Assembly (NCBI GenBank): GCA_965234725.1
Contig: CBDDUX010000002.1
Location: 39,954 to 103,953 of the forward strand
Origin: Thermoplasmatota archaeon
GTDB lineage: Archaea; Thermoplasmatota; Penumbrarchaeia; Penumbrarchaeales; Penumbrarchaeaceae
Length of the DNA: 64,000 nucleotides
Direction: 5' to 3'
The number at the start of each line of letters is the position of its first letter. The first letter of the stretch is position 1. Positions 58,878-64,000 of this stretch are shown piece after piece. The translations under genes and the position numbers were made by a program. The notes under the pieces were generated by a model, which was not told the origin of the DNA, did no database searches, and saw only the letters and a program-made list of their open reading frames with translations.

Positions 58878-60922
58878 TTCTCTTCCTCCTGAAGAATGGT
58901 CCCTTTAGGTCCGGGAACCAGGGTATATCTCCGTTTGTGTTCTGGCAGGGTCTGAACACTACCGGACGGGACAAGGAGGAGAATGTTCCTCCCCTCACCT
59001 GAAAGCAATTCCATGGAGGACTGGATAGAATCTGATTCCATTCCTGTGAAGGGAGAGTCCATGATGATCCCAGATCCTGTCACTCTTGAAAGACCTATGA
59101 TGATCGATATGGCCAGGGTCTCCCTTTCACCTGCGGAAAGCTTGTTCATGGGAATTACCCTGTTCTCACCGAATCTCTCTCTCCCTATGGTCATGTCTTT
59201 CGGGTGTATCTTGACAAAGAGCCTGGGATCCCGGGAGATCTCCTGCAGGATGATAGTGGCCTGAGCTTCTAGTTCTGATCGAGCTTTTTCAATTCTTAAT
59301 TCGATGAAGGCCAGAGCCTTGTTCATGGCGATACCATAGTTACTCAAGTTATCTTCCAGTGAGATGTCTCCTCCTTTACCTCCAAATAACCTGGTAAACT
59401 CGCCCTCACGGTCATTAATCAATGATTCCACTTTTTCGATCCGGTCCATATGTTGCTTTAACAGAGACCTCTCCTCATTAAGGACTATCCTGCTCCTTTC
59501 ATGCTTTCTTACAGCCTCGATCAGGGCGGTCCTTTGATCCTTCCTGAAAGGGATCTCGGATATGGACCTCTTCAGACCATCATTTTCCTTTAAAAGCTCC
59601 TTGACAGAAGTCCCCTCTGATCCTCTGTCCATAAGCTCCATTGAAGCATTTCCTATCATAATATCAGAGCACCAGATCCTGTTGGAACTCCAGTCAGAAA
59701 CATCTTTCTTCCTTTCCCCCAGATTTTCGTGGAGATGTTTCAATCTCTCTCTGCCCATGCCTGTCGTTGCGATGGATGTTCCGCAGATGCAGGTACTTCT
59801 CCTCAGTATCTCCTCGACTATTGCCTGCTGTGCTTCATGGACACCGTACATGATCCTTTTCCTCGTGGAATCCTCTCTTTGAATTATAGCCTTCTTAAGG
59901 GCCCTTTCCCCCTGTTCCCTTAAAAGCTCCACATAGGCATTGGACCAAGCATTGGAAAGTCGCTCCTCGATCCTTCCAACCATCTCTGCGGTCTTTGCTC
60001 CATTGATCTCCTGATGAGACCCTCCATCACCGGTCGAGAGGTCCCCAACGATCATTGTGTAATCATCACGGGCTTTCTTAGTATCTTCAAGAAAGGAGAT
60101 GATCCTCTTTTTTTGTCCTTCAACTTTACCTGCAAGCTCCTTTTTTCGGGACCTGAGTTCCGACAATTCATTTTCCAGATTTCGGATCTTTTCATTCTTA
60201 CCTTTCATCCTTTCTTTCAACAGTTCCCTTTCAGCTTCGATCATCGATGCTATCCTCTCAAGGTCCTGTGCACCAATTATTGAATCCAGAACCCTGTGGA
60301 GCATTCCTTTTTCAGAAAAGGGGTCTGCTGAGGTCAAGAACATCGAGTTCTCACCTTGATAAAGGAGCAAAGGGGCAATATAAGGGTCGATGATATTCCT
60401 CTTTCCACTTTCCTTCCAGGCACCCTCCTCCAATTCCTCCAGCTTGAACGATTCCCTGCCATTATATGATCTGGATACCCTGAACTTTTCCTCGCCATAT
60501 GAGATGACAAGGCTTACCTTCATCCCTCTGTCCTTGGGCCTTTGCCAGTTCACCAGATCCTGGTTCTCCTCAAGGTCCCTGGACCAGGGGTCCAGATTCC
60601 CGGTCTTTCCGAACAGTGCCCAGTAGATAGAATGGAGCAGATGGGTCTTCCCTGAACCGTTGGGTCCTTCAAGGATGGTCAATCCGTCTTTGATCTCAAC
60701 TTTATTCGGTCCGAGGTGGGGTCCGAAACCTTCGATGATCACCTCGAGTATCCTAATTCCCTCTTCCTTTATACCAATGTTCAGGGAGGTCTTATGGGTC
60801 GCACCTTTGATCCCCTTGATATCCTCCCCTGAAAGTTTTTCATACAGAAGGAGATCGGAAGCATCAGCAAGGTCCAGGACGAGTTCCATCAAAGGTGGAG
60901 ATGCTTTGGGATATGTAAACAT
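58874..60922 (-). CDS. Rad50/SMC-like ATPase, DndD-like
   Basis: Walker A GPNGSGKT, Q-loop YQGE, central CICG hook between coiled coils, LSAGE signature, Walker B IIMDSPF. Confidence 0.8.
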   Translation of the reverse strand: MFTYPKASPPLMELVLDLADASDLLLYEKLSGEDIKGIKGATHKTSLNIGIKEEGIRILEVIIEGFGPHLGPNKVEIKDGLTILEGPNGSGKTHLLHSIYWALFGKTGNLDPWSRDLEENQDLVNWQRPKDRGMKVSLVISYGEEKFRVSRSYNGRESFKLEELEEGAWKESGKRNIIDPYIAPLLLYQGENSMFLTSADPFSEKGMLHRVLDSIIGAQDLERIASMIEAERELLKERMKGKNEKIRNLENELSELRSRKKELAGKVEGQKKRIISFLEDTKKARDDYTMIVGDLSTGDGGSHQEINGAKTAEMVGRIEERLSNAWSNAYVELLREQGERALKKAIIQREDSTRKRIMYGVHEAQQAIVEEILRRSTCICGTSIATTGMGRERLKHLHENLGERKKDVSDWSSNRIWCSDIMIGNASMELMDRGSEGTSVKELLKENDGLKRSISEIPFRKDQRTALIEAVRKHERSRIVLNEERSLLKQHMDRIEKVESLINDREGEFTRLFGGKGGDISLEDNLSNYGIAMNKALAFIELRIEKARSELEAQATIILQEISRDPRLFVKIHPKDMTIGRERFGENRVIPMNKLSAGERETLAISIIIGLSRVTGSGIIMDSPFTGMESDSIQSSMELLSGEGRNILLLVPSGSVQTLPEHKRRYTLVPGPKGTILQEEEK

Positions 60923-61333
60923 TTACTGATCGAGGTGGTCCCTGAACTTTTGCCTGAGTCCTTTGTCCTCCTGCAATAGGATAAGAATGGAGGAGAGCCT
61001 TTTCATGGTCTCAGGGTGGATGGAATGTTCGACCTCACAGGCATCCAGGTCCGCAGTCTCTTCCGGAACGCCAAGCATCAGGAAGAATTCTTTGAGGATG
61101 CCGTGTCTTCTATCCACTTCGATACCAATACCCATTCCCTTTTCGGTCAGGGTCACACCACCGTATTTCTCGTAGTTCACCATTCCATTCCTTGAGAGCC
61201 TGCCGAACATTTCCGTTACTGTTGCAGCAGAGCAGTCAAGGTGTTTGGCGATATCTCCCACCCTTGCGTATCCCTTCTTCCTGACAACGTGAAGGATCGC
61301 CTCGAGATAGTCCTCTTCCCTGTGAGTTGCCAT
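60923..61333 (-). CDS. mntR: DtxR/MntR-family metal-dependent regulator (no FeoA domain)
   Basis: EDYLEAI, HTH 'DIAKHL..S.ATVTEM', RRH..L.EF, ACEVEH. Confidence 0.9.
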   Translation of the reverse strand: MATHREEDYLEAILHVVRKKGYARVGDIAKHLDCSAATVTEMFGRLSRNGMVNYEKYGGVTLTEKGMGIGIEVDRRHGILKEFFLMLGVPEETADLDACEVEHSIHPETMKRLSSILILLQEDKGLRQKFRDHLDQ

Positions 61334-61423
61334 TGGTTCCCGAACAATTCCATGATTAGTTAAACCTTTTCGCGTACTCTTTCCAACGGAAATGTTTATT
61401 ACAGCTCAAACATAGCTCCTGTC

Positions 61424-62905
61424 ATGTGGCTGGGACCTTACCAGAAATTAGACGATTTCACCTTCAGGATCCCGAAGGACTACAGGAAAGATATGAGGAA
61501 AGATGGTTTGATCTTCACCTCGGATAGGATGCTGGAGAGCCTCTTCAATGATGAAGCATGCGAGCAGGTGGCAAATGTGGCTACCCTCCCTGGACTGGCC
61601 GGTCCTTCCATGGCAATGCCGGATGTCCATTGGGGTTATGGTTTCCCCATTGGAGGAGTTGCCGCCACCTTTGTGGATGACGGAGGTGTCATTTCACCAG
61701 GCGGGGTGGGATTCGATATCAACTGCGGGGTACGATTACTGACCACCGATCTCACAGAGGACCAGGTAAGGCCCATCTCGAGGCAGTTAGCTGACACGAT
61801 CTTCAAGAACGTTCCTTCCGGGATAGGGTCCAAGGCAAGGATCAGAGTTGACCATAAACAGCTGGATTCCATCCTTACCGATGGTGCCAGATGGGCCGTT
61901 GAGGAAGGTTATGGTGTCGATGAGGACCTGCTTCATATGGAAGAAGGCGGAGCTATCGAAGGTGCGGACCCGTCCAAAGTATCGGAAAAGGCAAAGAAGC
62001 GAGGCCTTCCCCAGGTCGGATCATTGGGAGCCGGGAACCATTTTCTCGAGATACAGAAGGTGTCTGAGATATTCGACGAGGAAGCTGCCAGGGCGATGGG
62101 TATCCATTCCTTAGGACAGGTGACCGTATTGATCCATACAGGATCGAGAGGTCTCGGATACCAGGTATGCCAGGACAAGGTCAGCGACCTTGAACTGCTT
62201 TACGAAAAGGATGGGTCCTCCTATCGATCCTCCAAGTTCGATATAAGGATCCCTGACAGACAATTGGTCGCAGCCCCACTGGGTTCAAGGGAGGCGGATG
62301 AATACCTTGGAGCCATGAGATGTGCCGCAAATTATGCCTGGGCAAATAGACAGCTTATAACCCACTGGATCCGGGAATCGTTCAATGAGGTCCTCAAGGG
62401 GAAAGGTCTGGAATCGGACCTCAGGATGGTCTACGACATTGCCCACAACATTGCAAAGATCGAGGAGCATATGGTTGATGGAAAGAGGTCCAAGGTCTGT
62501 GTTCACAGAAAGGGTGCCACCAGGAGCTTCGGACCTGGGCATCCGGACATCCCGCAGGATTATCGCGATTTCGGTCAACCGGTACTTATACCTGGGGATA
62601 TGGGAACTGCGTCATATCTGATGGCAGGGACCTCGACTGCGATGGAAAAAACGTTCGGGTCCACCTGCCACGGAGCCGGGAGGGTCCTCTCCAGGTCGCG
62701 GGCCATCAGAGAGTTCAAACCCCAGTCCGTGATAGATATGCTGGCATCGAGAGGGATCTATGTCAAAGCAAATTCACCAAAGGTCCTCTCCGAAGAGGCC
62801 CCTGGTGCATACAAGGATATTGATGCTGTGATCGAGGTAGCCCACGGTGCTGGTTTGTCCAGGAAGGTTGCTAAGATGGTTCCGATCGCGGTTGTCAAGG
62901 GTTGA
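61424..62905 (+). CDS. rtcB: RtcB RNA-splicing ligase (archaeal type)
   Basis: MPDVHWGYGFPIGGV, GFDINCG, GNHFLE, HTGSRG, HNIAK, HRKGAT, CHGAGR, EEAP.AYK. Confidence 0.97.
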   Translation: MWLGPYQKLDDFTFRIPKDYRKDMRKDGLIFTSDRMLESLFNDEACEQVANVATLPGLAGPSMAMPDVHWGYGFPIGGVAATFVDDGGVISPGGVGFDINCGVRLLTTDLTEDQVRPISRQLADTIFKNVPSGIGSKARIRVDHKQLDSILTDGARWAVEEGYGVDEDLLHMEEGGAIEGADPSKVSEKAKKRGLPQVGSLGAGNHFLEIQKVSEIFDEEAARAMGIHSLGQVTVLIHTGSRGLGYQVCQDKVSDLELLYEKDGSSYRSSKFDIRIPDRQLVAAPLGSREADEYLGAMRCAANYAWANRQLITHWIRESFNEVLKGKGLESDLRMVYDIAHNIAKIEEHMVDGKRSKVCVHRKGATRSFGPGHPDIPQDYRDFGQPVLIPGDMGTASYLMAGTSTAMEKTFGSTCHGAGRVLSRSRAIREFKPQSVIDMLASRGIYVKANSPKVLSEEAPGAYKDIDAVIEVAHGAGLSRKVAKMVPIAVVKG

Positions 62906-62935
62906 GAAATGAATGAAGAGTCTCCCAATTGCAAT

Positions 62936-63997
62936 TCAAGGCGGGTTTTTCAGGTGAGGTGGTAATTGCCACCCTTTCTCTTCAAACCGGTCTTTTAAAA
63001 CAATCCACCTTTCCTTTCTCTTCATATCGTACCTGAGAGGGAATCTCATTGCCTTATCGAAAAACCTGAGTGCCGATTCCCTGTTATCCTCGAAAATAAA
63101 AACAAGGGACATATTGAAATCCACGCCAGAGCAACCTTCCAGATCTCCAAGGGATATGAATATCTTCTTTGCTTCATTCAGCATTTGTTTTGCCTTTCTG
63201 AACCTGCCCTTCCTCGCGTTCAGATCCGACAGATTGGTCAGGACAAGCGCCCTTGCCCAGGGAATATTATTTCTTTTGGATATCTTGAGTGTTTTTCTCC
63301 AGAAATATTCTGCCTCTGTTGCCATTTCCATTCTAAAGAACATCACACCCATATTGTTGTAACAAATGGAAAGGAGATTGTCAGATCCCGAGAATTGGAA
63401 ATGACCAACCGCTGACTTATATTGATCTCTGGCATCTTCAAATGATCCCTGGTCGGATAGAATATCGGCTTTCAATCTTTTTAGTAGTCCCTTCTGGTTA
63501 TTATCCCGCACCTTTTTCAGATCTTTGTCTATCTCTTCCTTTGCCAGCTTCAATGAGTTCATGTACCTCAGGGTTTGAATGCGACCTACCTCTGCCAGGA
63601 TCCATCCGGCTCCATTGGTTTCTTTCCTGACATCAAGGATCTTTGAAAATAGATCCAGTGATTTCTTCAATTTCCCCTGTCTCCTCAGAATTTCCCCTTC
63701 AAGTATCTTCTTGTCAATTTCAGGGTTGTGTCCACTCACAATGGTAGGTCCTATCAAATGTTCGGAGCGAAGGGATGCGAGATCCACTCCATCATTTTCT
63801 ACAGCTTCCTCACGATCTTTCATCTCTTTCAAAAGGGACATGAACTTGGATTCTTCTTGTAGATCCGATTCGATCTTGATGAATTTCAAGATATCGAATC
63901 CGTTCCTCTTCTGCATTTCCCTCAGAAAGATTATCAGGATCTTATAATTCAGTACTTCACTAAGTTCCTCCCAGATATGATGGATTTTCGTATACAA
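62936..63997 (-). CDS. Tetratricopeptide-repeat protein (N-terminus probably beyond the window edge)
   Basis: Repeated TPR-like helices (CYNNMGV, LTNLSDL, FNMSLV). ORF is open at the window end. Confidence 0.75.
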   Translation of the reverse strand: MYTKIHHIWEELSEVLNYKILIIFLREMQKRNGFDILKFIKIESDLQEESKFMSLLKEMKDREEAVENDGVDLASLRSEHLIGPTIVSGHNPEIDKKILEGEILRRQGKLKKSLDLFSKILDVRKETNGAGWILAEVGRIQTLRYMNSLKLAKEEIDKDLKKVRDNNQKGLLKRLKADILSDQGSFEDARDQYKSAVGHFQFSGSDNLLSICYNNMGVMFFRMEMATEAEYFWRKTLKISKRNNIPWARALVLTNLSDLNARKGRFRKAKQMLNEAKKIFISLGDLEGCSGVDFNMSLVFIFEDNRESALRFFDKAMRFPLRYDMKRKERWIVLKDRFEEKGWQLPPHLKNPP

Positions 63998-64000
63998 GCA

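Noticed and set aside
58530-60922. Complete DNA phosphorothioation (dnd) system or Mre11-Rad50 locus
   Set aside because: No dndA/B/C or nuclease gene in the window; reported only as a DndD-like pair.
61356-61370. DtxR-type operator (TTAGTTAAACCTTT) upstream of mntR
   Set aside because: Only a half-palindrome, and it coincides with a probable TATA/BRE; too weak to call.
2258-63947. Numerous 60-190 aa ORFs antisense to or nested within long genes
   Set aside because: Shadow frames (Ser/Ile/Phe-rich antisense of charged proteins) with no motifs or SD support.

Overview
This is an archaeal chromosomal window. It most likely comes from an uncultured Thermoplasmatota-type organism, inferred from the archaeal PheS, PyrB/PyrI, RtcB, Dim2-type KH protein, a BHB-intron tRNA, GGAGGTG Shine-Dalgarno (SD) sites, frequent GTG/TTG starts and many PKD-rich C-terminally anchored surface proteins. 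It is mostly housekeeping (ileS, guaA, purE, pheS, smc-scpA-scpB, pyrB-pyrI, rtcB, kptA, tRNA-Ser(GGA) with a 22-nt intron) plus protein-degradation and surface genes. I found no CRISPR array, rRNA, transposase or integrase. The most notable signals are: (1) three copies of the tRNA-Ser 3' end, with a 93-bp duplication and hairpin-rich, minus-strand-folding inserts; (2) an mntR - DndD-like ATPase - small partner operon with no other dnd genes; (3) five TATCG-N6-CGATA palindromes between a His/Cys-rich PadR (coupled to trmO) and a His/Met-rich small protein; (4) IleRS with a swapped GVHH signature; (5) RNase HI needing a non-AUG start, in frame behind a B3/4 protein; (6) a Cys-less alkyltransferase-like domain fused to endonuclease V; (7) a sensorless His kinase next to a CheF-like protein; (8) a CBS-HPF ribosome hibernation factor. 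All family calls come from motif recognition by eye; no searches were run.
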